Source: the human T2T-CHM13v2.0 reference genome, Homo sapiens
Strand: one strand, 5' to 3'
Assembly (NCBI RefSeq): GCF_009914755.1
Contig: NC_060948.1
DNA: 64,000 nucleotides
The notes below the pieces were generated by a model, which saw nothing but the letters and a program-made list of their open reading frames with translations, had not been told where the DNA came from and ran no database searches. Shown one piece after another: positions 15,101 to 28,356 of the stretch. Position 1 is the first letter of the stretch, and each line of letters starts with the position of its first letter. Position numbers and translations under genes: made by a program.

Positions 15101-18100
15101 CGAATGCAATGGAGTCGAAACTAATGGACTGGAATAGAATGGACTCGACTGGTACGGACTCCAATGGAATGGAATCGAATGGAAGGGAATCGAACGGAAT
15201 GGACTCGAAGGGAAAAGACTGCAATGGAAAGGTCTCGAATGGAATGGAAATTAATGGAATGGAATGGAATCGAATGAAATGGAGTCAAAAGGAATGGAAT
15301 CGAATGGCAAGAAATCGAATGTAATGGAATCGCAAGGAATTGATGTGAACGGAACGGAATGGAATGGAATCCAAAGAAATGGAATAGAATGGAATGGAAT
15401 CGAATGGAAAGGACTCGAATGGAAATCACTCGAATAGAATGCAATTTAATAAAATAGGATGAAATGTAATGGAATGGAATGGAAAGGAATCGAAACGAAA
15501 GGAATGGAGGCAGATGGAATGGAATGGAACAGAGAGCAATGGTATAGAATGGAATGGAATCATCTGGAATGGAATTGAATGGAATGGAATAATATGAAAT
15601 GGAATGGAATGGAATGGAATGCCCTTGAATTAAATGGACTGGAATGGAATGGACTCGAACAGAGTGGAATGGAAAGTGTTGAGATAGAATGGAATGGACT
15701 CGTTGGGAATGGTCTAGTATGCAATGCAATCGACTGGCAGGGAATCAAAAGGAATGTAATCGAATGGATTGGACTGGAATGCAATGGACTCGAATAGATT
15801 GGAAACGGAATGCAAAGGAATGGAATGGAATAGTATGGAATGGAATGGAAAGGAATGGAGTGGAATAGACTAGAGTGGAATGGAATGGACTCGAAAGCAA
15901 TGGACTGGAATGGAACTTTCTTGAATGGACTGGAATCAAACGGAATGGAATGCAATGCAATCAAATGGCATGGAATAAAATAGAATGAAAGAGAATCAAA
16001 TGGAATGGAATCGAATGGAATCGAATGGATTGGAAAGGAATAGAATGGAATGGAATGGAATTGACTCAAATGGAATGGACTAGAATGGAATGGATTCGAA
16101 TGTAAGGCAAAGGAATGGAATCTATTGGAATGGCCTGCAATGGAATGGAATGGAAGGGATTGGAATGGACTCGAATGGAATGGACTGCAATAGAAAGGAT
16201 TCGAATGGCATGAAAAAGAATTGAATTGAATAGAACAGAATGGAATCAAATCGAATGAAATGGAATGGAATAGAAAGGAATGGAATGAAATGGAATGGAA
16301 AGGATTCGAATGGAATGCAATCGAATGGAATGGAATCGAACGGAATGGAATAAAATGGAAGCAAACTGGCAAGAAATGGAATCGAAATGAATGGAGTGTT
16401 ATGGATCGGACTCAAAATGAATTGAATGTAATAGAATGGAGTGGAGTGGACTCGAATATAATGGACTGGAATGGAATGAAATCACATGGAATGGGAACGA
16501 ATGGAATGGAATGGAAAGGAATGGAATCGAATGGAAAGGAATCGAATGGAAGGGAATGAAATTGAATCAACAGGAATGGAAGGGAATAGAATAGACGGTA
16601 ATGGAATGGACTCGAATAGAATGGACACGAATGCTCAAATTGAATGGACTCGAATGGAATGGAAACGAAAGGAATGTCATCGAATGGAATGGAATCGATT
16701 GGAATGAAATCGCATAGAATGGAGTGGAATCAAATGGAATTGAATCGAAAGGAAAGGAAGCGAATGGACTGAAATGAAATGGAATGGAATTGAATGGAAA
16801 GTAATGCAATGGAATAGAATGGAACGAAATTTCACGGAATGGAATCAAACTGAATGGAATCAAATCAATGGAATATAAACAAATGGAATGGAAAGGAATT
16901 GAATGGAGTAGATGGGATTGGATGGGATTGGAATGAAATATACTGGAAAGGACTCGAATTTCATGAAACGGAATGGAATGAATTGGAACGGAATGGACTC
17001 GAATGGAATGGAATGTCATGGAATGGCATCAAATGGAATGGCATCAAATGGAATGGAATCGAATGCAATGGAATGCTATGGAATGGAATGGTATGCATTG
17101 GAATGGAATGTCCTCTAATGGAATGGATTCGAGTGGAATGGAATCGAATATAATGGAGTCGAATGAAATGGAATTGAAAGGAATGGGATCGAATACAATG
17201 GAATATACTGGAATGTAATGTAATGAACTCGAATGTAATTGACTGGAATGGAATGTACATGAATGGAATGTAATCGAATGGAAAGTAATCCAATGGAATA
17301 GAATCTAATGCAATAAAATCGAATCAGATAGAGTAGAATGTAATGGAATGGAGTGCAGTGCAATGGAATGGAATGGAATGGAATGCAATGGAATGGAATG
17401 GAATGGGATGGAATGGTATGGAATGGATAGTAATGGACTGGAATGAAATGGACTGGAAAGGAATGGACTCAAATTGAAAGGGCTCGAAAGGAATGGAGTC
17501 AAATGGAATGGTCTGGAATGGAATGAACACGAATGTAATGCAATCCAATAGAATGGAATCGAATGGCATGGAATATAAAGAAATGCAATCGAAGAGAGTG
17601 GAAACAAACGGAATGGAATTGAATGGAATGGAATTGAATGGAATGGGAACGAATGGAGTGAAATTGTATGCAGTAGAAGAGAATAGAATGGAATGCAAGC
17701 GAAAGGAAAGGAATGGATTGGAATGGAATGGAATTCATTGGAATGGAAGGGAATGTAGTGTAATGGACAGGCCTGGAATAAAGTGGAATGCTACGGTCTC
17801 GAATGGAATAAAAATGTATGGAATGGAATGCAATGAAACGGAATCGAATGTCATAGAATGTAATGGAATGCAAAAAAATGGAATCCAAAATCATTGACTG
17901 GAAAGGCTGGGTGTCGAAAGGAATTGACTCCAATGGAATGGAATCGAATGGAATGGAAGTGAATAGAATCGAACTAAATCGAATGGAATGCAATTGATAG
18001 GAACAGAATGGAAAGGAATGCAATGATTTGGCATGGAATGGAATCGAATGGCATCGAATGGAATGGAATGGAATGCAATGCAATGGAATGTATTAGAATG

Positions 18101-21100
18101 TAATGAACTTTAATGGAATGTACTCGAATGGATTCGACTGGAATGGAATGTTCTGGAAGTGAATGGACTCCAATGGAATGGATTGAAAAGGAATGGAATC
18201 GTACGGAATGGAATCTAATGGAATGGAATTAAATGGAAATGAATCAAATTGAATAGCACGAAATTGAATTGAATGGAATCGAATGCAATGGAATCTAATG
18301 AAATGGAAAGGAAAGGAATGGAATGGAATGGGCTGGAATGGAAAGGAATCGAAACGAATGGAATGGAATCGAACTGAGGAGACTGGAATGGAATACACTT
18401 CAATGGAAGGGAATGTAATGGAAGGTTCTCGAAAAAAATGGAAACGAATGGAATGGAATTGAATGGAACGGAATAGAGTCGAATGGAATTGAATGGAATG
18501 GAATGGACTAGAGTGAAATGGAATCGAACCACAAGGAATGGACAGGAATAGAATGGTCTCGAATTGAACGGAATCGTATGGAATGGCATCAAACGGAATG
18601 GAATGGACAGCCACGGAATGGAATGCACTCGAATGCAATGGAGTCGAAACTAATGGACTGGAATAGAATGGACTCGACTGGTACGGACTCCAATGGAATG
18701 GAATCGAATGGAAGGGAATCGAACGGAATGGACTCGAAGGGAAAAGACTGCAATGGAAAGGTCTCGAATGGAATGGAAATTAATGGAATGGAATGGAATC
18801 GAATGAAATGGAGTCAAAAGGAATGGAATCGAATGGCAAGAAATCGAATGTAATGGAATCGCAAGGAATTGATGTGAACGGAACGGAATGGAATGGAATC
18901 CAAAGAAATGGAATAGAATGGAATGGAATCGAATGGAAAGGACTCGAATGGAAATCACTCGAATAGAATGCAATTTAATAAAATAGGATGAAATGTAATG
19001 GAATGGAATGGAAAGGAATCGAAACGAAAGGAATGGAGACAGATGGAATGGAATGGAACAGAGAGCAATGGTATAGAATGGAATGGAATCATCTGGAATG
19101 GAATTGAATGGAATGGAATAATATGAAATGGAATGGAATGGAATGGAATGCCCTTGAATTAAATGGACTGGAATGGAATGGACTCGAACAGAGTGGAATG
19201 GAAAGTGTTGAGATAGAATGGAATGGACTCGTTGGGAATGGTCTAGTATGCAATGCAATCGACTGGCAGGGAATCAAAAGGAATGTAATCGAATGGATTG
19301 GACTGGAATGCAATGGACTCGAATAGATTGGAAACGGAATGCAAAGGAATGGAATGGAATAGTATGGAATGGAATGGAAAGGAATGGAGTGGAATAGACT
19401 AGAGTGGAATGGAATGGACTCGAAAGCAATGGACTGGAATGGAACTTTCTTGAATGGACTGGAATCAAACGGAATGGAATGCAATGCAATCAAATGGCAT
19501 GGAATAAAATAGAATGAAAGAGAATCAAATGGAATGGAATCGAATGGAATCGAATGGATTGGAAAGGAATAGAATGGAATGGAATGGAATTGACTCAAAT
19601 GGAATGGACTAGAATGGAATGGATTCGAATGTAAGGCAAAGGAATGGAATCTATTGGAATGGCCTGCAATGGAATGGAATGGAAGGGATTGGAATGGACT
19701 CGAATGGAATGGACTGCAATAGAAAGGATTCGAATGGCATGAAAAAGAATTGAATTGAATAGAACAGAATGGAATCAAATCGAATGAAATGGAATGGAAT
19801 AGAAAGGAATGGAATGAAATGGAATGGAAAGGATTCGAATGGAATGCAATCGAATGGAATGGAATCGAACGGAATGGAATAAAATGGAAGCAAACTGGCA
19901 AGAAATGGAATCGAAATGAATGGAGTGTTATGGATCGGACTCAAAATGAATTGAATGTAATAGAATGGAGTGGAGTGGACTCGAATATAATGGACTGGAA
20001 TGGAATGAAATCACATGGAATGGGAACGAATGGAATGGAATGGAAAGGAATGGAATCGAATGGAAAGGAATCGAATGGAAGGGAATGAAATTGAATCAAC
20101 AGGAATGGAAGGGAATAGAATAGACGGTAATGGAATGGACTCGAATAGAATGGACACGAATGCTCAAATTGAATGGACTCGAATGGAATGGAAACGAAAG
20201 GAATGTCATCGAATGGAATGGAATCGATTGGAATGAAATCGCATAGAATGGAGTGGAATCAAATGGAATTGAATCGAAAGGAAAGGAAGCGAATGGACTG
20301 AAATGAAATGGAATGGATTTGAATGGAAAGTAATGCAATGGAATAGAATGGAACGAAATTTCACGGAATGGAATCAAACTGAATGGAATCAAATCAATGG
20401 AATATAAACAAATGGAATGGAAAGGAATTGAATGGAGTAGATGGGATTGGATGGGATTGGAATGAAATATACTGGAAAGGACTCGAATTTCATGAAACGG
20501 AATGGAATGAATTGGAACGGAATGGACTCGAATGGAATGGAATGTCATGGAATGGCATCAAATGGAATGGCATCAAATGGAATGGAATCGAATGCAATGG
20601 AATGCTATGGAATGGAATGGTATGCATTGGAATGGAATGTCCTCTAATGGAATGGATTCGAGTGGAATGGAATCGAATATAATGGAGTCGAATGAAATGG
20701 AATTGAAAGGAATGGGATCGAATACAATGGAATATACTGGAATGTAATGTAATGAACTCGAATGTAATTGACTGGAATGGAATGTACATGAATGGAATGT
20801 AATCGAATGGAAAGTAATCCAATGGAATAGAATCTAATGCAATAAAATCGAATCAGATAGAGTAGAATGTAATGGAATGGAGTGCAGTGCAATGGAATGG
20901 AATGGAATGGAATGCAATGGAATGGAATGGAATGGGATGGAATGGTATGGAATGGATAGTAATGGACTGGAGTGAAATGGACTGGAAAGGAATGGACTCA
21001 AATTGAAAGGGCTCGAAAGGAATGGAGTCAAATGGAATGGTCTGGAATGGAATGAACACGAATGTAATGCAATCCAATAGAATGGAATCGAATGGCATGG

Positions 21101-24100
21101 AATATAAAGAAATGCAATCGAAGAGAGTGGAAACAAACGGAATGGAATTGAATGGAATGGAATTGAATGGAATGGGAACGAATGGAGTGAAATTGTATGC
21201 AGTAGAAGAGAATAGAATGGAATGCAAGCGAAAGGAAAGGAATGGATTGGAATGGAATGGAATTCATTGGAATGGAAGGGAATGTAGTGTAATGGACAGG
21301 CCTGGAATAAAGTGGAATGCTACGGTCTCGAATGGAATAAAAATGTATGGAATGGAATGCAATGAAACGGAATCGAATGTCATAGAATGTAATGGAATGC
21401 AAAAAAATGGAATCCAAAATCATTGACTGGAAAGGCTGGGTGTCGAAAGGAATTGACTCCAATGGAATGGAATCGAATGGAATGGAAGTGAATAGAATCG
21501 AACTAAATCGAATGGAATGGAATTGATAGGAACGGAATGGAAAGGAATGCAATGATTTGGCATGGAATGGAATCGAATGGCATCGAATGGAATGGAATGG
21601 AATGCAATGCAATGGAATGTATTAGAATGTAATGAACTTTAATGGAATGTACTCGAATGGATTCGACTGGAATGGAATGTTCTGGAAGTGAATGGACTCC
21701 AATGGAATGGATTGAAAAGGAATGGAATCGTACGGAATGGAATCTAATGGAATGGAATTAAATGGAAATGAATCAAATTGAATAGCACGAAATTGAATTG
21801 AATGGAATCGAATGCAATGGAATCTAATGAAATGGAAAGGAAAGGAATGGAATGGAATGGGCTGGAATGGAAAGGAATCGAAATGAATGGAATGGAATCG
21901 AACTGAGGAGACTGGAATGGAATACACTTCAATGGAAGGGAATGTAATGGAAGGTTCTCGAAAAAAATGGAAACGAATGGAATGGAATTGAATGGAACGG
22001 AATAGAGTCGAATGGAATTGAATGGAATGGAATGGACTAGAGTGAAATGGAATCGAACCACAAGGAATGGACAGGAATAGAATGGTCTCGAATTGAACGG
22101 AATCGTATGGAATGGCATCAAACGGAATGGAATGGACAGCCACGGAATGGAATGCACTCGAATGCAATGGAGTCGAAACTAATGGACTGGAATAGAATGG
22201 ACTCGACTGGTACGGACTCCAATGGAATGGAATCGAATGGAAGGGAATCGAACGGAATGGACTCGAAGGGAAAAGACTGCAATGGAAAGGTCTCGAATGG
22301 AATGGAAATTAATGGAATGGAATGGAATCGAATGAAATGGAGTCAAAAGGAATGGAATCGAATGGCAAGAAATCGAATGTAATGGAATCGCAAGGAATTG
22401 ATGTGAACGGAACGGAATGGAATGGAATCCAAAGAAATGGAATAGAATGGAATGGAATCGAATGGAAAGGACTCGAATGGAAATCACTCGAATAGAATGC
22501 AATTTAATAAAATAGGATGAAATGTAATGGAATGGAATGGAAAGGAATCGAAACGAAAGGAATGGAGACAGATGGAATGGAATGGAACAGAGAGCAATGG
22601 TATAGAATGGAATGGAATCATCTGGAATGGAATTGAATGGAATGGAATAATATGAAATGGAATGGAATGGAATGGAATGCCCTTGAATTAAATGGACTGG
22701 AATGGAATGGACTCGAACAGAGTGGAATGGAAAGTGTTGAGATAGAATGGAATGGACTCGTTGGGAATGGTCTAGTATGCAATGCAATCGACAGGCAGGG
22801 AATCAAAAGGAATGTAATCGAATGGATTGGACTGGAATGCAATGGACTCGAATAGATTGGAAACGGAATGCAAAGGAATGGAATGGAATAGTATGGAATG
22901 GAATGGAAAGGAATGGAGTGGAATAGACTAGAGTGGAATGGAATGGACTCGAAAGCAATGGACTGGAATGGAACTTTCTTGAATGGACTGGAATCAAACG
23001 GAATGGAATGCAATGCAATCAAATGGCATGGAATAAAATAGAATGAAAGAGAATCAAATGGAATGGAATCGAATGGAATCGAATGGATTGGAAAGGAATA
23101 GAATGGAATGGAATGGAATTGATTCAAATGGAATGGACTAGAATGGAATGGATTCGAATGGAAGGCAAAGGAATGGAATCTATTGGAATGGCCTGCAATG
23201 GAATGGAATGGAAGGGATTGGAATGGACTCGAATGGAATGGACTGCAATAGAAAGGATTCGAATGGCATGAAAAAGAATTGAATGGAATAGAACAGAATG
23301 GAATCAAATCGAATGAAATGGAATGGAATAGAAAGGAATGGAATGAAATGGAATGGAAAGGATTCGAATGGAATGCAATCGAATGGAATGGAATCGAACG
23401 GAATGGAATAAAATGGAAGCAAACTGGCAAGAAATGGAATCGAAATGAATGGAGTGTTATGGATCGGACTCAAAATGAATTGAATGTAATAGAATGGAGT
23501 GGAGTGGACTCGAATATAATGGACTGGAATGGAATGAAATCACATGGAATGGGAACGAATGGAATGGAATGGAAAGGAATGGAATCGAATGGAAAGGAAT
23601 CGAATGGAAGGGAATGAAATTGAATCAACAGGAATGGAAGGGAATAGAATAGACGGTAATGGAATGGACTCGAATAGAATGGACACGAATGCTCAAATTG
23701 AATGGACTCGAATGGAATGGAAACGAAAGGAATGTCATCGAATGGAATGGAATCGATTGGAATGAAATCGCATAGAATGGAGTGGAATCAAATGGAATTG
23801 AATCGAAAGGAAAGGAAGCGAATGGACTGAAATGAAATGGAATGGATTTGAATGGAAAGTAATGCAATGGAATAGAATGGAACGAAATTTCACGGAATGG
23901 AATCAAACTGAATGGAATCAAATCAATGGAATATAAACAAATGGAATGGAAAGGAATTGAATGGAGTAGATGGGATTGGATGGGATTGGAATGAAATATA
24001 CTGGAAAGGACTCGAATTTCATGAAACGGAATGGAATGAATTGGAACGGAATGGACTCGAATGGAATGGAATGTCATGGAATGGCATCAAATGGAATGGC

Positions 24101-27100
24101 ATCAAATGGAATGGAATCGAATGCAATGGAATGCTATGGAATGGAATGGTATGCATTGGAATGGAATGTCCTCTAATGGAATGGATTCGAGTGGAATGGA
24201 ATCGAATATAATGGAGTCGAATGAAATGGAATTGAAAGGAATGGGATCGAATACAATGGAATATACTGGAATGTAATGTAATGAACTCGAATGTAATTGA
24301 CTGGAATGGAATGTACATGAATGGAATGTAATCGAATGGAAAGTAATCCAATGGAATAGAATCTAATGCAATAAAATCGAATCAGATAGAGTAGAATGTA
24401 ATGGAATGGAGTGCAGTGCAATGGAATGGAATGGAATGGAATGCAATGGAATGGAATGGAATGGGATGGAATGGTATGGAATGGATAGTAATGGACTGGA
24501 GTGAAATGGACTGGAAAGGAATGGACTCAAATTGAAAGGGCTCGAAAGGAATGGAGTCAAATGGAATGGTCTGGAATGGAATGAACACGAATGTAATGCA
24601 ATCCAATAGAATGGAATCGAATGGCATGGAATATAAAGAAATGCAATCGAAGAGAGTGGAAACAAACGGAATGGAATTGAATGGAATGGAATTGAATGGA
24701 ATGGGAACGAATGGAGTGAAATTGTATGCAGTAGAAGAGAATAGAATGGAATGCAAGCGAAAGGAAAGGAATGGATTGGAATGGAATGGAATTCATTGGA
24801 ATGGAAGGGAATGTAGTGTAATGGACAGGCCTGGAATAAAGTGGAATGCTACGGTCTCGAATGGAATAAAAATGTATGGAATGGAATGCAATGAAACGGA
24901 ATCGAATGTCATAGAATGTAATGGAATGCAAAAAAATGGAATCCAAAATCATTGACTGGAAAGGCTGGGTGTCGAAAGGAATTGACTCCAATGGAATGGA
25001 ATCGAATGGAATGGAAGTGAATAGAATCGAACTAAATCGAATGGAATGGAATTGATAGGAACGGAATGGAAAGGAATGCAATGATTTGGCATGGAATGGA
25101 ATCGAATGGCATCGAATGGAATGGAATGGAATGCAATGCAATGGAATGTATTAGAATGTAATGAACTTTAATGGAATGTACTCGAATGGATTCGACTGGA
25201 ATGGAATGTTCTGGAAGTGAATGGACTCCAATGGAATGGATTGAAAAGGAATGGAATCGTACGGAATGGAATCTAATGGAATGGAATTAAATGGAAATGA
25301 ATCAAATTGAATAGCACGAAATTGAATTGAATGGAATCGAATGCAATGGAATCTAATGAAATGGAAAGGAAAGGAATGGAATGGAATGGGCTGGAATGGA
25401 AAGGAATCGAAATGAATGGAATGGAATCGAACTGAGGAGACTGGAATGGAATACACTTCAATGGAAGGGAATGTAATGGAAGGTTCTCGAAAAAAATGGA
25501 AACGAATGGAATGGAATTGAATGGAACGGAATAGAGTCGAATGGAATTGAATGGAATGGAATGGACTAGAGTGAAATGGAATCGAACCACAAGGAATGGA
25601 CAGGAATAGAATGGTCTCGAATTGAACGGAATCGTATGGAATGGCATCAAACGGAATGGAATGGACAGCCACGGAATGGAATGCACTCGAATGCAATGGA
25701 GTCGAAACTAATGGACTGGAATAGAATGGACTCGACTGGTACGGACTCCAATGGAATGGAATCGAATGGAAGGGAATCGAACGGAATGGACTCGAAGGGA
25801 AAAGACTGCAATGGAAAGGTCTCGAATGGAATGGAAATTAATGGAATGGAATGGAATCGAATGAAATGGAGTCAAAAGGAATGGAATCGAATGGCAAGAA
25901 ATCGAATGTAATGGAATCGCAAGGAATTGATGTGAACGGAACGGAATGGAATGGAATCCAAAGAAATGGAATAGAATGGAATGGAATCGAATGGAAAGGA
26001 CTCGAATGGAAATCACTCGAATAGAATGCAATTTAATAAAATAGGATGAAATGTAATGGAATGGAATGGAAAGGAATCGAAACGAAAGGAATGGAGACAG
26101 ATGGAATGGAATGGAACAGAGAGCAATGGTATAGAATGGAATGGAATCATCTGGAATGGAATTGAATGGAATGGAATAATATGAAATGGAATGGAATGGA
26201 ATGGAATGCCCTTGAATTAAATGGACTGGAATGGAATGGACTCGAACAGAGTGGAATGGAAAGTGTTGAGATAGAATGGAATGGACTCGTTGGGAATGGT
26301 CTAGTATGCAATGCAATCGACAGGCAGGGAATCAAAAGGAATGTAATCGAATGGATTGGACTGGAATGCAATGGACTCGAATAGATTGGAAACGGAATGC
26401 AAAGGAATGGAATGGAATAGTATGGAATGGAATGGAAAGGAATGGAGTGGAATAGACTAGAGTGGAATGGAATGGACTCGAAAGCAATGGACTGGAATGG
26501 AACTTTCTTGAATGGACTGGAATCAAACGGAATGGAATGCAATGCAATCAAATGGCATGGAATAAAATAGAATGAAAGAGAATCAAATGGAATGGAATCG
26601 AATGGAATCGAATGGATTGGAAAGGAATAGAATGGAATGGAATGGAATTGATTCAAATGGAATGGACTAGAATGGAATGGATTCGAATGGAAGGCAAAGG
26701 AATGGAATCTATTGGAATGGCCTGCAATGGAATGGAATGGAAGGGATTGGAATGGACTCGAATGGAATGGACTGCAATAGAAAGGATTCGAATGGCATGA
26801 AAAAGAATTGAATGGAATAGAACAGAATGGAATCAAATCGAATGAAATGGAATGGAATAGAAAGGAATGGAATGAAATGGAATGGAAAGGATTCGAATGG
26901 AATGCAATCGAATGGAATGGAATCGAACGGAATGGAATAAAATGGAAGCAAACTGGCAAGAAATGGAATCGAAATGAATGGAGTGTTATGGATCGGACTC
27001 AAAATGAATTGAATGTAATAGAATGGAGTGGAGTGGACTCGAATATAATGGACTGGAATGGAATGAAATCACATGGAATGGGAACGAATGGAATGGAATG

Positions 27101-28356
27101 GAAAGGAATGGAATCGAATGGAAAGGAATCGAATGGAAGGGAATGAAATTGAATCAACAGGAATGGAAGGGAATAGAATAGATGGTAATGGAATGGACTC
27201 GAATAGAATGGACACGAATGCTCAAATTGAATGGACTCGAATGGAATGGAAACGAAAGGAATGTCATCGAGTGGAATGGAATCGATTGGAATGAAATCGC
27301 ATAGAATGGAGTGGAATCAAATGGAATTGAATCGAAAGGAAAGGAAGCGAATGGACTGAAATGAAATGGAATGGAATTGAATGGAAAGTAATGCAATGGA
27401 ATAGAATGGAACGAAATTTCACGGAATGGAATCAAACTGAATGGAATCAAATCAATGGAATATAATCAAATGGAATGGAAAGGAATTGAATGGAGTAGAT
27501 GGGATTGGATGGGATTGGAATGAAATGTACTGGAAAGGACTCGAATTTCATGAAACGGAATGGAATGAATTGGAACGGAATGGACTCGAATGGAATGGAA
27601 TGTCATGGAATGGCATCAAATGGAATGGCATCAAATGGAATGGAATCGAATGCAATGGAATGCTATGGAATGGAATGGAATGCATTGGAATGGAATGTCC
27701 TCTAATGGAATGGATTCGAGTGGAATGGAATCGAATATAATGGAGTCGAATGAAATGGAATTGAAAGGAATGGGATCGAATACAATGGAATATACTGGAA
27801 TGTAATGTAATGAACTCGAATGTAATTGACTGGAATGGAATGTACATGAATGGAATGTAATCGAATGGAAAGTAATCCAATGGAATAGAATCTAATGCAA
27901 TAAAATCGACTCAGATAGAGTAGAATGTAATGGAATGGAGTGCAGTGCAATGGAATGGAATGGAATGGAATGCAATGGAATGGAATGGAATGGGATGGAA
28001 TGGTATGGAATGGATAGTAATGGACTGGAGTGAAATGGACTGGAAAGGAATGGACTCAAATTGAAAGGGCTCGAAAGGAATGGAGTCAAATGGAATGGTC
28101 TGGAATGGAATGAACACGAATGTAATGCAATCCAATAGAATGGAATCGAATGGCATGGAATATAAAGAAATGCAATCGAAGAGAGTGGAAACAAACGGAA
28201 TGGAATTGAATGGAATGGAATTGAATGGAATGGGAACGAATGGAGTGAAATTGTATGCAGTAGAAGAGAATAGAATGGAATGCAAGCGAAAGGAAAGGAA
28301 TGGATTGGAATGGAATGGAATTCATTGGAATGGAAGGGAATGTAGTGTAATGGACA
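125..28356 (+). repeat. DYZ1 units 1-8, each exactly 3529 bp (GGCC anchors at 125, 3654, 7183, 10712, 14241, 17770, 21299, 24828)
   Basis: Constant 3529 bp spacing of the AGGCCT site and of the recurring ORFs; units differ only by scattered substitutions. Confidence 0.97.
3518..3671 (+). other. Canonical DYZ1 sexing PCR target (Y1.2/Y1.1 primer sites, 154 bp); recurs once per unit
   Basis: TTGAATGGAATGGGAACGAATGG at 3518-3540 and GGACAGGCCTGGAATAAAGTGGA at 3649-3671, spanning the EcoRI and StuI/HaeIII sites. Primer identity is recalled from the literature and not verified by search. Confidence 0.8.
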
